A DNA stretch of 64,000 nt from a virus, in the IMG/VR virus record IMGVR_UViG_3300032038_000071, positions 1 through 64,000 of that record; one strand, 5' to 3'. Each line of letters starts with the position of its first letter. The first letter of the stretch is position 1. Below are positions 5,895 to 14,155 of this stretch, piece after piece. The position numbers and the translations under genes were made by a program. The notes beneath the pieces are model-generated. The model was given only the letters and a program-made list of their open reading frames with translations, was not told the DNA's origin and searched no databases.

Positions 5895-6719
5895 CTACGC
5901 TACCTTACATCTTGTGAGGACTGTCTGCTTCTGTCCATTATACTCGTTATGGTCTTTGATAGTTCCTGTGAGTGTGAAGGATTCCTCTTTGTTATCTATG
6001 CAATCGAGATATTTTGAGGTCTTCCATGTGAAGATATGTCCTTCTGTATCTTTGAATATATAGAGGATTGTAACTCCACCATAATATCCGAAATTGTTAT
6101 CCCATGCGGCGTGATTTACATATGTAAGGTCTACAGTAATCTTATCTCCAACTTCACCGTAATATCCTGCATCTACTTTATCCTTATTCTCCTCACGCTT
6201 CTTCCTGTCCTTAAGGTCGTTGCATTTTTCGGAATTGTATTCATATCCTTCCCATATGTTCTCATCAGCAACCTCGTCTATTGATACCTCAATAAACTCA
6301 AATCCATCAACTGGATTTGCGATATGCCAATATATCCAATTATCGAACTTTCCGCCGACTTCCTTAATCTGTTCCTTTATATCATATGTATTTCCAAGAA
6401 ATACATAGGTCTTACCTTCTGCATTAAATCCGTTCTTTTTCAACCACTCTGTCTTAAGCTGTGGAACCTTTGTAAGCTGTTCCTGATATTTCTTCTCTGC
6501 TCTTTTCTGGCGCTGTTCTGCCAACTTCTCTGCATACTCTGGAGTATATTCCTTATATATCTCAGGCTTCGGGTCTAACCCTGAACCACCGCATCTATAG
6601 CAGGTATATCCTGTATATCTCCAAGATTCTGAACCACCCTGACCACCACATTTACGACAAGTTGGGATTTCCCAATATTTAGTTCCATTCTTATCAACCT
6701 TTATAAACTTCTTTTCCAT
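5895..6719 (-). CDS. protein with two DnaJ-type CxxCxGxG zinc-finger motifs
   Basis: ORF track. Start moved to MEKKFIKV (ATG 6719) because AAGGAGG lies 7 nt upstream. Motifs CRKCGGQG and CYRCGGSG. Confidence 0.6.
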   Translation of the reverse strand: MEKKFIKVDKNGTKYWEIPTCRKCGGQGGSESWRYTGYTCYRCGGSGLDPKPEIYKEYTPEYAEKLAEQRQKRAEKKYQEQLTKVPQLKTEWLKKNGFNAEGKTYVFLGNTYDIKEQIKEVGGKFDNWIYWHIANPVDGFEFIEVSIDEVADENIWEGYEYNSEKCNDLKDRKKREENKDKVDAGYYGEVGDKITVDLTYVNHAAWDNNFGYYGGVTILYIFKDTEGHIFTWKTSKYLDCIDNKEESFTLTGTIKDHNEYNGQKQTVLTRCKVA

Positions 6720-6779
6720 ATGATTTTCCTCCTTAGATTGATGATATAGCATAAAATATGCTTTTCAAGTGTCAAGTAT

Positions 6780-6808
6780 AGTATATTACAGGAAAAGTCA
6801 TACGTCAA
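6780..6808 (-). promoter_or_regulatory. promoter (TTGACG-N17-TATACT) with A/T-rich UP-like tract
   Basis: On the minus strand, -35 at 6808-6803 and -10 at 6785-6780. Confidence 0.6.
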
Positions 6809-6854
6809 TAAAAAATTGATAAATATTTTTAAATTATTATAATTCATTTTAACG

Positions 6855-6921
6855 CGTTTTAAGACAATTTTATTATTATATGTATATTTATACTACTTTT
6901 ATATAAAAACGTCTTAAAACG
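6855..6921. repeat. 11-bp inverted repeat CGTTTTAAGAC / GTCTTAAAACG, arms 56 nt apart (paralog of 3026-3093)
   Basis: Arms at 6855-6865 and 6911-6921. The 28 nt from the right arm onward match 3083-3110 at 22 of 28 positions. Confidence 0.7.
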
Positions 6922-6935
6922 TACTACAGCACATT

Positions 6936-6969
6936 ATAAAAGCACGTTAAAATATAAACGTGCTTTTAT
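6936..6969 (-). terminator. terminator-like hairpin after the 6979-7491 gene
   Basis: 13-bp stem ATAAAAGCACGTT / AACGTGCTTTTAT. The U-rich tract is part of the 3-prime arm. Confidence 0.5.
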
Positions 6970-6978
6970 AATCAAATA

Positions 6979-7491
6979 TTATCTATTAATCGGTAAAAAC
7001 AAGGCGATTACCTCATCATCTTGCCACATTATGACCGGAGACTTTTTATCCGGTATTGCACTAAATGTTATATTATCAGGTACTCCGTACTTTGTAATAG
7101 GCTTATTATAAAATTCCGAAAAGAATTTACAATCTATACTAATACGTTGACCATCTTCTGCTCCATCAGGATAAAAATTAACAACTTCTTTTCCGCCAGA
7201 TAATGTCTCTGTACTGCCCATAACATAATCAATTAACCTCGGAGCTTCCGCTGTAGTCTGAATCAGGCGTTCCAGGTTTACATCTGTCCGGATACTTCCG
7301 ATATTTTTTATAGATAAAATATCCTCTATATCTGTTTTTGGTACTCTGATGATATAAACAGTCCTAACTGCAATATATACATAATCTGGGTCACTGTCAT
7401 AATCAAACATAAAATCCGAAGGAGTATAATGATATCCTTTTGTCCTAAATCTATAAAGGGCATTGTTTAACTTCTTTACACTTATTTCCAT
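6979..7491 (-). CDS. hypothetical protein (170 aa)
   Basis: ORF track. Start moved to MEISVKKL (GGAGGTAATTATT before the ATG at 7491). Confidence 0.6.
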   Translation of the reverse strand: MEISVKKLNNALYRFRTKGYHYTPSDFMFDYDSDPDYVYIAVRTVYIIRVPKTDIEDILSIKNIGSIRTDVNLERLIQTTAEAPRLIDYVMGSTETLSGGKEVVNFYPDGAEDGQRISIDCKFFSEFYNKPITKYGVPDNITFSAIPDKKSPVIMWQDDEVIALFLPINR

Positions 7492-7496
7492 AATAA

Positions 7497-7691
7497 TTAC
7501 CTCCAATCTTGGCATTTATCGTTTATATCTTCCATAGGCTCATCATGCTTTGTACAACATGGATAACCATACTCTTCATAATAATATATACAGTTGACAC
7601 AACAAGGATTTGCGTGACGTTCTGTTTCTTCCTTCTGACATATCTCATAATATTTCTCCAAACTCATCATTTCCTCTAAACTCATCGTCAT
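7497..7691 (-). CDS. small Cys-rich protein
   Basis: ORF track. Start moved to the ATG at 7691, preceded by GGGAGGGAGGATAAT. Several CxxC-like pairs. Confidence 0.5.
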   Translation of the reverse strand: MTMSLEEMMSLEKYYEICQKEETERHANPCCVNCIYYYEEYGYPCCTKHDEPMEDINDKCQDWR

Positions 7692-7731
7692 ATTATCCTC
7701 CCTCCCCGTCAAGCCGTTAGGTCAGCTATAA

Positions 7732-7920
7732 TCAAAATTCCTCTATTCTATATATACGGTCTGGATATTTCCTCTTTTCTATATCTGTATATATACCTGC
7801 ATACTCATAGTCCTCAAATACCTTCTCATATGTCCACTGTAATGAAAAGGGTAAGTTGTTAGGTCGTTTAAGTTTCCATCCAACCACATAGACTGTATCC
7901 GATTTTTTCTTCTTTGCCAT
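7732..7920 (-). CDS. hypothetical protein (62 aa)
   Basis: ORF track; tight packing. Confidence 0.55.
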   Translation of the reverse strand: MAKKKKSDTVYVVGWKLKRPNNLPFSLQWTYEKVFEDYEYAGIYTDIEKRKYPDRIYRIEEF

Positions 7921-7921
7921 A

Positions 7922-8149
7922 TCAGCACCTCATACACTCATCTAATGGGATGCGATACCCATGATATTTGAAATATGGTCCATATGTAGTATAATACACC
8001 TTACACCTGTGTACTGAATTTCCTGACGCTACAAATATAATATAGTCATCTATACCATATTCAATCTTTTTAATTTCAAATCCTGCAAGCCCGAAGCTGA
8101 CTGCTACTGTTGGCATATCCATAACTTCTTCTTTTTCCTGTTTTGTCAT
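7922..8149 (-). CDS. hypothetical protein (75 aa)
   Basis: ORF track; tight packing. Confidence 0.55.
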   Translation of the reverse strand: MTKQEKEEVMDMPTVAVSFGLAGFEIKKIEYGIDDYIIFVASGNSVHRCKVYYTTYGPYFKYHGYRIPLDECMRC

Positions 8150-8153
8150 AATC

Positions 8154-8303
8154 TTAATCCTCCTTCTTTACTATCTGAATTTCATATCCTTTCTCCTGCA
8201 TCAGCTTCCAAGTATGCTGAATCATATGGATATCTCCCTGTTCAATATACTCGGTGAGAATATACTTAATAAAATCCTCACACAGAGTTGACTTAAATTC
8301 CAT
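8154..8303 (-). CDS. possible small ORF (49 aa, MEFKSTLCEDF...)
   Basis: Found by hand. Fills the 8150-8292 gap and overlaps the upstream stop by 11 nt. SD is weak. Confidence 0.3.
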   Translation of the reverse strand: MEFKSTLCEDFIKYILTEYIEQGDIHMIQHTWKLMQEKGYEIQIVKKED

Positions 8304-8706
8304 ATAAACCCATCTCCTCTCTATACATTATCCAGACTGTTCTATAAATCAATCTGAATGCCTGACCGAGGGCTCTTGCCTGTGTATCGAGCCATTCCTC
8401 TCTGCTGTTAGGTCTGCGCTCTCCGTACTTGGTCTTTTTCAATTCAGACGGAGTGCAAAGGCGCTGTGCTATAGCGGAATCATATATCTCGGCACATCCT
8501 CTCCAACTATATTCGTTCCAGTTATCTGCTCCGTTGAGACAGATTGCCTTGAGTTCCTCAAATATCTTCTTGTTATCCTGAATAACGATAACCTCATCTA
8601 ACGTATCCAGAATATCAAGAGCATATTCAGATACACCCTTTTTCCAAGCACTTCTTGCCTTTGTGTTCATAACTCTTTCCATTACCTCTGCTACTCTAAC
8701 TTCCAT
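8293..8706 (-). CDS. hypothetical protein (137 aa)
   Basis: ORF track. Confidence 0.6.
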   Translation of the reverse strand: MEVRVAEVMERVMNTKARSAWKKGVSEYALDILDTLDEVIVIQDNKKIFEELKAICLNGADNWNEYSWRGCAEIYDSAIAQRLCTPSELKKTKYGERRPNSREEWLDTQARALGQAFRLIYRTVWIMYREEMGLYGI

Positions 8707-8708
8707 AT

Positions 8709-8858
8709 CTACACCTCCTCATCATATGGGATAATACCCACATCAAATAAACCCATACTTGAATCCCATCCAAGTGCTACGTTGTCCAAATACTCACACG
8801 CCTCATCATATGTTGGGAATACCATTGTAATCATTCCGTGTTCTAATACTGCATACAT
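8709..8858 (-). CDS. hypothetical protein (49 aa; shorter than the track ORF)
   Basis: Track ORF 8709-8990 overlaps 8947-9237. The internal ATG at 8858 is preceded by AAGGAGGAAATGAAT. Confidence 0.4.
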   Translation of the reverse strand: MYAVLEHGMITMVFPTYDEACEYLDNVALGWDSSMGLFDVGIIPYDEEV

Positions 8859-8946
8859 ATTCATTTCCTCCTTTGATTTTGCTTGGCTTACCATCATCAG
8901 ATAACAAGTTGCCATCTTGCTATGACCCTCCGAAGAGGGTTTCGAC

Positions 8947-9237
8947 TTATCTGCTTCCATCCACAATGTATGTATTGGATGCAGTCTCAATTCGGGTCAT
9001 CAGTTCTCCAGTTTCAGAGTCATCATACTCCCAAGCTACTGAAAACTGGAAGCTATTATGAGATATGATACGGAAGTTTCTTCCGTTGGTCTCATAACAC
9101 CAACGCTTGCAATCTTCCATTGCTCTCATCTTTGCTGATGAAATATTTCCATATACGTGATACAGTTCTGTACCTTCATTATGTCTTGCCCTTGCAAGTA
9201 ACTCCTGACCTCTTTTTGTTGTTCCCTTAATTATCAT
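8947..9237 (-). CDS. hypothetical protein (96 aa)
   Basis: ORF track. SD AAGGAGGAAATCAAT. First gene after the 9354-9382 promoter. Confidence 0.6.
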   Translation of the reverse strand: MIIKGTTKRGQELLARARHNEGTELYHVYGNISSAKMRAMEDCKRWCYETNGRNFRIISHNSFQFSVAWEYDDSETGELMTRIETASNTYIVDGSR

Positions 9238-9353
9238 ATTGATTTCCTCCTTGAGATTTGATTTTTTAATTCCTCTATCGTAGCACGCTGATTTTTCAGC
9301 CTCGGCTGTTCAGCTAACCGATAGCACTTAAAACGCTTTTTTAAGTTATCTTA

Positions 9354-9382
9354 ATATTACTACTGAAATTATCATATGTCAA
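9354..9382 (-). promoter_or_regulatory. promoter (TTGACA-N17-TAATAT)
   Basis: On the minus strand, -35 at 9382-9377 and -10 at 9359-9354. Followed by a ~100-nt leader with the long-range stem CTATCG...CGATAG. Confidence 0.6.
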
Positions 9383-9410
9383 TAAAAAAATTAAAAATAT
9401 TTTTATGCTT

Positions 9411-9531
9411 TTTTTTTACATTATAATAAGAAGAAACACGTTTTTTTTCCTAATATTCTATAAAAATATAAATAAATCTTTTTTACATTATAATAAGAAG
9501 AAACACGTTTTTTTCCTAATATTCTATAAAA
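9411..9531. repeat. tandem direct repeat, ~67-bp period, about 1.8 copies
   Basis: TACATTATAATAAGAAGAAACACGTTTTTTT(T)CCTAATATTCTATAAAA occurs at 9417-9465 and 9484-9531. The copies differ only by one T in the T-run. Confidence 0.85.
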
Positions 9532-9726
9532 TTAATTCCAAATCATTTACTTTTTAACTGTTCCAATTCCTTAATTGGTTTTTATTCATCCTCAGATATA
9601 CAGTCTCTTTTCTCCAATTCCTGATTTTTGACTTATCCAATCCAACCGAGCCTCCACATATCAAACAAGTGTTCGAGTAGTCAAAAAACGATTTCAAAAA
9701 TATTTTTTCAATCCTTTCCGAAGAAT

Positions 9727-9755
9727 ATCAGATTATAAAAACTACATAGTTCATA
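9727..9755. repeat. conserved element ATCAGAT-N-AAAACTACATAGTTCATA, copy 2
   Basis: Core at 9738-9755 is identical to 3443-3460, with the same position relative to a terminator. Confidence 0.7.
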
Positions 9756-9774
9756 CAGTGGAATTTTTCGATGC

Positions 9775-9810
9775 AAAAAAAAAGAAGTACCTGCTGATAC
9801 AGGTACTTCT
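9775..9810 (-). terminator. rho-independent terminator after the 9830-10129 gene
   Basis: 11-bp stem AGAAGTACCTG / CAGGTACTTCT, 6-nt loop, 9 T on the minus strand. Confidence 0.8.
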
Positions 9811-9829
9811 CAAAGCGAGTATTAAAATT

Positions 9830-10129
9830 TTAATCAGGTCTTAACATATTCCACATCTTATTATCTGTAGGAAGTGGAATATCATTCAGTTTAAACCAAT
9901 AATCTCTTAAAAATAATACTATTTGTATTTGGGAGTATGCGCTGAATAACTCTACATTATGTGTTCTTTTTGGATTATCTTCATCCGGCACAGCTTTCTT
10001 TATAGTGTACTTTGTTATAGGACAATGTTTCTGCTCACTATAAAACTGGGATGTATTATAAGTTATTCTTTCGCCTTTTGAGTTTATTGCCATTTGCAGT
10101 TTATGTATCATAGTTGAATTGCTATTCAC
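9830..10129 (-). CDS. hypothetical protein (99 aa)
   Basis: ORF track. Confidence 0.55.
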   Translation of the reverse strand: MNSNSTMIHKLQMAINSKGERITYNTSQFYSEQKHCPITKYTIKKAVPDEDNPKRTHNVELFSAYSQIQIVLFLRDYWFKLNDIPLPTDNKMWNMLRPD

Positions 10130-10159
10130 AGCTATCTCCTCCTACGTCTTGCGCCACCT

Positions 10160-10426
10160 CTACTTCTCGTTGCTCTGCGTATTCTGGTCACTCTCTGGTA
10201 TGCTCTTGCCATTGTAATCACCTACATTCTGATTAATGTTACTATTGTCAATATCTTCCACACCTTGTTCGATAACAGTTTCATCTACAGGTAATGTTAT
10301 GTACCATAAAAACCCAGCTATAGTACCTATTTCTAACCCTACCATCACACAAAACGCTATGAACCACCTCTTTGCACTTTGCTTTATCTCTCTTAATAAC
10401 TCGGTTGCGAATCGCTCATTATCCAT
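10160..10426 (-). CDS. small membrane protein (one TM: WFIAFCVMVGLEIGTIAGFLWYI)
   Basis: ORF track; hydrophobic segment visible in the translation. Confidence 0.6.
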   Translation of the reverse strand: MDNERFATELLREIKQSAKRWFIAFCVMVGLEIGTIAGFLWYITLPVDETVIEQGVEDIDNSNINQNVGDYNGKSIPESDQNTQSNEK

Positions 10427-10445
10427 AGAAATACTCCTTTCTTGA

Positions 10446-10474
10446 ATTATAACACGTTAATTAGGTATTGTAAA
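10446..10474 (-). promoter_or_regulatory. promoter (TTTACA-N17-TATAAT)
   Basis: On the minus strand, -35 at 10474-10469 and -10 at 10451-10446. Confidence 0.55.
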
Positions 10475-10557
10475 TAACGCATCTTTTTCAGTCTCAGTAT
10501 GTTTTATCTTTTCCCAACAGACTTTTCCATACCCACGTATTTGATATTCCGGGTTCT

Positions 10558-10809
10558 TTAATTTTCTCCCACATCTGAGGCATTTTGTATAATTAGTTTT
10601 TCCTTTCTCACTTTCCATCTTTCGCTATTCTCCCAATTATTTCTAAATTCATCATTTGCCATTGACTTTATCTTCTCTTCTGAAAAATACCATTCACCAC
10701 AGTTTTTACATTCCATTTTCCGATATATCTCTGGCTTACTCTGATAATTTGGTCGAGTATCTAATACGGTAAGTCTGTGTTTACATCGTGGACAAATCAT
10801 CTTAATCAC
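10558..10809 (-). CDS. NrdR-like zinc-ribbon protein without an ATP-cone
   Basis: ORF track, 83 aa. CPRCKHRLTVLDTR...RKMECKNCGEWYFSEE parallels the NrdR N-terminal ribbon (CP.C....V.DSR...RRR.C..C..RFTT.E). Confidence 0.45.
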   Translation of the reverse strand: MIKMICPRCKHRLTVLDTRPNYQSKPEIYRKMECKNCGEWYFSEEKIKSMANDEFRNNWENSERWKVRKEKLIIQNASDVGEN

Positions 10810-10815
10810 CTTCTT

Positions 10816-11733
10816 TCACAATATGTTAGAAACTACATACTCCACTGCTATGGATTCTTCTATCTCTCCAGTTTTGATCCTACGTTCCGTTGACTGTATC
10901 AGCTTCATAATGTATATCAGATTGTTTATGCTATATACTCCACAGCACTCTTTAGCGTTCTTAATCTGCCAATACTGTAATCCGGTTGTCTTTTCTATGT
11001 CTTTACTTTCACAAGTCTGCACCTGTAATACTTGTTTAGCATTATTGAATAACACGGATAGAATAGCAAGATTAGATTCTCCTACTGCTTTACATTCCTC
11101 TAACAAGCTGTATGCAAGTCTGGCATGATTCTGCAACACTGCTTTTACAAAATCAAATATTGCATCTTTAGGTGGCTGATGTATTGTACCGTCTGCTAAT
11201 AGCTGTTCAAACGCTTTATTTGAATTACCTGTGTATCTCTTAATCTTATCTATTTCCAGTAAGCATCTGCTGTAACTTCCCTCGCACGCTTCTATCAGTC
11301 TATCACAGTTCTTGTCGGATAAGTCTATTTCTTTCTGTATGTATCGCTTCACCATTTCGCTTTTAAGCGCATTAAACTCAACAAATGACTGTTTATACGT
11401 CTTATAGAATTTAAGTCGCTTATCAACGCTTGTAAGCGTTAAAATGAGTATATCTGTTTTCAGTCTGTCTATTAATTCAGTCTGTAGTTTCTCATTACTG
11501 ATAAGTTCCTTATCGTCTAATACCACATACAGATAATTTACTTTCAGAAATGATATACTACCTAATTCTGTCAGAATATCCATAACGCTGTCTATATATC
11601 GCACTGTCAGATTTTTTACCTTTGCTATCTGCTTTATATAGATTTTCTGTATGGCATATTCTTCTCCTGTAAATACAAGAAAATTAGGAATATTATTATC
11701 TTTTATCAGACATTTCAATTCCTGTATTTCCAT
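10816..11733 (-). CDS. holA: DNA polymerase III delta subunit-like clamp-loader protein
   Basis: ORF track. Start set at the ATG at 11733 (TAATG overlap with the upstream stop). Overall HolA-like pattern (FLVFTGEEYAI...; C-terminal helical domain) and position next to the DnaX and delta-prime genes. Confidence 0.7.
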   Translation of the reverse strand: MEIQELKCLIKDNNIPNFLVFTGEEYAIQKIYIKQIAKVKNLTVRYIDSVMDILTELGSISFLKVNYLYVVLDDKELISNEKLQTELIDRLKTDILILTLTSVDKRLKFYKTYKQSFVEFNALKSEMVKRYIQKEIDLSDKNCDRLIEACEGSYSRCLLEIDKIKRYTGNSNKAFEQLLADGTIHQPPKDAIFDFVKAVLQNHARLAYSLLEECKAVGESNLAILSVLFNNAKQVLQVQTCESKDIEKTTGLQYWQIKNAKECCGVYSINNLIYIMKLIQSTERRIKTGEIEESIAVEYVVSNIL

Positions 11734-12554
11734 TACGACCACACCTTTCTGATTTTGATTATAAACGTATCAAGCAAAGCACTTTTATTTATTCCTGTCA
11801 CAGCCTGTAATACTGATAATGTGTCAGATGCTATTTTGATACCGTCTATCCAATAATCTCTATCATCTTTATCGGACAAACATTTCATCAGCTCTTTTGT
11901 GCATACACGCTCAAACGCTATAAGGAATAATCTTAAATCATATCCTTTTGCTTCTGGTTTGAGTGCTATCTTCTCTGTCAGTTTGAACACGTTAGATGTA
12001 CCAACATAAGCTATATTATCAACCACTTTTTCAACATAGCTGTAAAACTCATCTACTCCCATGCTATACAGTAAATCTATATCTCCCGGTGTGGCACATA
12101 TATCTGTCACAATATCTGCATCTACTGTTGGCTTACCATACTCTAATAATTCAGCTTTACTGTACGGTTGCATATAGAATGTGGTTGCCCTGCTTAATAT
12201 AGTTGGCAATACAGTTGATATATCATTTACAGTCATTATAAAGTAAGCATTTTTTGGTGGTTCTTCTACTATCTTCAATAGTGCGTTTTTTGCCTGTACT
12301 GACATATCATCTACATCAGCAAATACATAACACGTTGGTGAACCTGCTTTATACGCATCTATAATAACATTTCTCACTGTCTCAACTTTATTGTCCGGCT
12401 CAAAACAGGCAAACACATTCAGCTTTTGAAATATCTCACTACATAATGTTTTCTTTCCACTTCCTCGCTGACCTACTATTATAGCAAACTGTGGAAATAT
12501 CTGCTGTTTTATCAGACTATCTATTCTGCTGATTAACGCTTTCTGTCCTATCAT
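11733..12554 (-). CDS. holB: AAA+ clamp-loader subunit, delta-prime-like
   Basis: ORF track, 273 aa. Walker A GQRGSGKKT, LKIVEEPP box, SRAT sensor-like motif. Confidence 0.7.
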   Translation of the reverse strand: MIGQKALISRIDSLIKQQIFPQFAIIVGQRGSGKKTLCSEIFQKLNVFACFEPDNKVETVRNVIIDAYKAGSPTCYVFADVDDMSVQAKNALLKIVEEPPKNAYFIMTVNDISTVLPTILSRATTFYMQPYSKAELLEYGKPTVDADIVTDICATPGDIDLLYSMGVDEFYSYVEKVVDNIAYVGTSNVFKLTEKIALKPEAKGYDLRLFLIAFERVCTKELMKCLSDKDDRDYWIDGIKIASDTLSVLQAVTGINKSALLDTFIIKIRKVWS

Positions 12555-13582
12555 TTCATACCCTCCAGTAACATAGCTTCTATAAGATACTTTGGATTGC
12601 TGTCATACTTAACCGCTGAATTGATTTTTATAACTATATCTAACAAGTCACATATACTATCCCAACTATCAACACCGTCTAAATCATCAATAAATTCTTT
12701 GATTGTATCTATTTCCGGTATCTGTAGATACTTGAAGTCACCTATGATAAACCACTTCTTTATATCAAGTACAAAATTAAGATACTGACGGATAAACTGC
12801 TTCATATCAACACCTGTACTGTGTATAGTTTCTATGGATTTTATCAGCTTATCTGGTTCATTAAAGATATAAGCACTTGTTACCTCTATCATATTATCAT
12901 AGTTTGCTACACCTAATGCTTTCACAACATTTTCCATTGTCAATTCTGTATTGTATGATAAACATTTGTCCATCATAGTGATTGCATCTCTCATACCACC
13001 CTCTGCAAGTTTTGCTATATATTCAAGTGATGATAACGGAATAAAAGCATCTGTATGTCCTAACTCTGCCTCTGTGATATATGTAAGTCTATCAACAATA
13101 CCTTCCTGACTTATCTTATTGAAATCGTAGCGTTGAACTCTCGACAGTATTGTTTTTGGTATCTTCTGTGGGTCTGTAGTGCAAAATATAAAGATGGACT
13201 TTGCTGGTGGTTCTTCTATCAGTTTCAGAAATGCCTGCCACCCTGTATTACTGATTGCATGGCACTCATCTACAATGAATACCTTATATTCACTATCCAA
13301 ACTCTTTGTCTTTGCTTGCTGTATGATATTCCTTACATCATCAACACTTGAATTACTAGCGGCATCTAATTCTATTGGATTACCTACATGATTATTTATC
13401 TCATTTGCGAATATTCTAGCACAAGTTGTTTTACCTGTGCCTGCCCCTCCGCAAAATAGATAAGCGTGTTTCACTTCTCCACTTTCTAACTGCTGTTGTA
13501 AAATTACCTTTGTGCTGTTCTGCTCTACCACATCGTTAAATGTGGTAGGGCGATATTTTACAGCTAATGTCTGTTTTGCCAT
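12551..13582 (-). CDS. dnaX: DNA polymerase III gamma/tau-like clamp-loader ATPase
   Basis: ORF track, 343 aa. YRP..F..VVEQ, Walker A GGAGTGKTT, DECH Walker B, LKLIEEPP, SRVQ motifs. Confidence 0.85.
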   Translation of the reverse strand: MAKQTLAVKYRPTTFNDVVEQNSTKVILQQQLESGEVKHAYLFCGGAGTGKTTCARIFANEINNHVGNPIELDAASNSSVDDVRNIIQQAKTKSLDSEYKVFIVDECHAISNTGWQAFLKLIEEPPAKSIFIFCTTDPQKIPKTILSRVQRYDFNKISQEGIVDRLTYITEAELGHTDAFIPLSSLEYIAKLAEGGMRDAITMMDKCLSYNTELTMENVVKALGVANYDNMIEVTSAYIFNEPDKLIKSIETIHSTGVDMKQFIRQYLNFVLDIKKWFIIGDFKYLQIPEIDTIKEFIDDLDGVDSWDSICDLLDIVIKINSAVKYDSNPKYLIEAMLLEGMK

Positions 13583-13596
13583 ATTGATTTTCCTTT

Positions 13597-13923
13597 CTAT
13601 ACTGAGAATAATCCGAGACTTCTTAACATTCCAGTATCTATCTTATTCATAAGATGTTCTGACACGATTGCCAGCTTTTCAACTAGATACTTTCTCTGTG
13701 TATATGTGATAAGGTCTGTTCTGACACAATAAGTAGTTCCATTAAACTCAAATCTTACTACATCATCTGCTATATTTCCTCTATCTGTTGTGAAGAAAAG
13801 GATTGATATAATATTGTCTTTGCTTCTTCTTCCAGATGATACTACAACACAATACTTATCTTCGCCACCATTATTAAATCTATATACTCCGCCTCTCTCT
13901 GCTACTAAAAGATTGTCTCCCAT
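13597..13923 (-). CDS. MazF/PemK-like (CcdB/MazF fold) protein
   Basis: ORF track, 108 aa. The pattern RGGVY....CVVVSS....N.ISILFFTT....TYCVRTDLITYTQRKYLVEKLAIVSEHLMNKID follows PemK/MazF topology when aligned by eye to E. coli MazF. Confidence 0.55.
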   Translation of the reverse strand: MGDNLLVAERGGVYRFNNGGEDKYCVVVSSGRRSKDNIISILFFTTDRGNIADDVVRFEFNGTTYCVRTDLITYTQRKYLVEKLAIVSEHLMNKIDTGMLRSLGLFSV

Positions 13924-13927
13924 TGAT

Positions 13928-14155
13928 TTAATCCTCCTTAATTAATTCATATTCTGCAAATGTTACTATTTTGCCATATCTATTCTTGCTGACAATATCA
14001 TGTGTCTTGATATTATATCCGGCTTTTCTCAAATCAAATATTATAGCCGAAAGTCTGGTTGCACCAAACATATCTATTGCGGTCATACTTGTTATTTTAT
14101 GCCCTGCCTGCATATAGGCTAAAATTTCACTCATCTGTGTTGGTCTGTTCATCAT
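13928..14155 (-). CDS. winged-helix DNA-binding protein (HTH_39-like)
   Basis: ORF track, 75 aa. ILAYMQAGHKITSMTAIDMFGATRLSAIIFDLRKAGYNI resembles HTH_39. SD AAGGAGGG lies 5 nt before the ATG. Confidence 0.5.
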   Translation of the reverse strand: MMNRPTQMSEILAYMQAGHKITSMTAIDMFGATRLSAIIFDLRKAGYNIKTHDIVSKNRYGKIVTFAEYELIKED

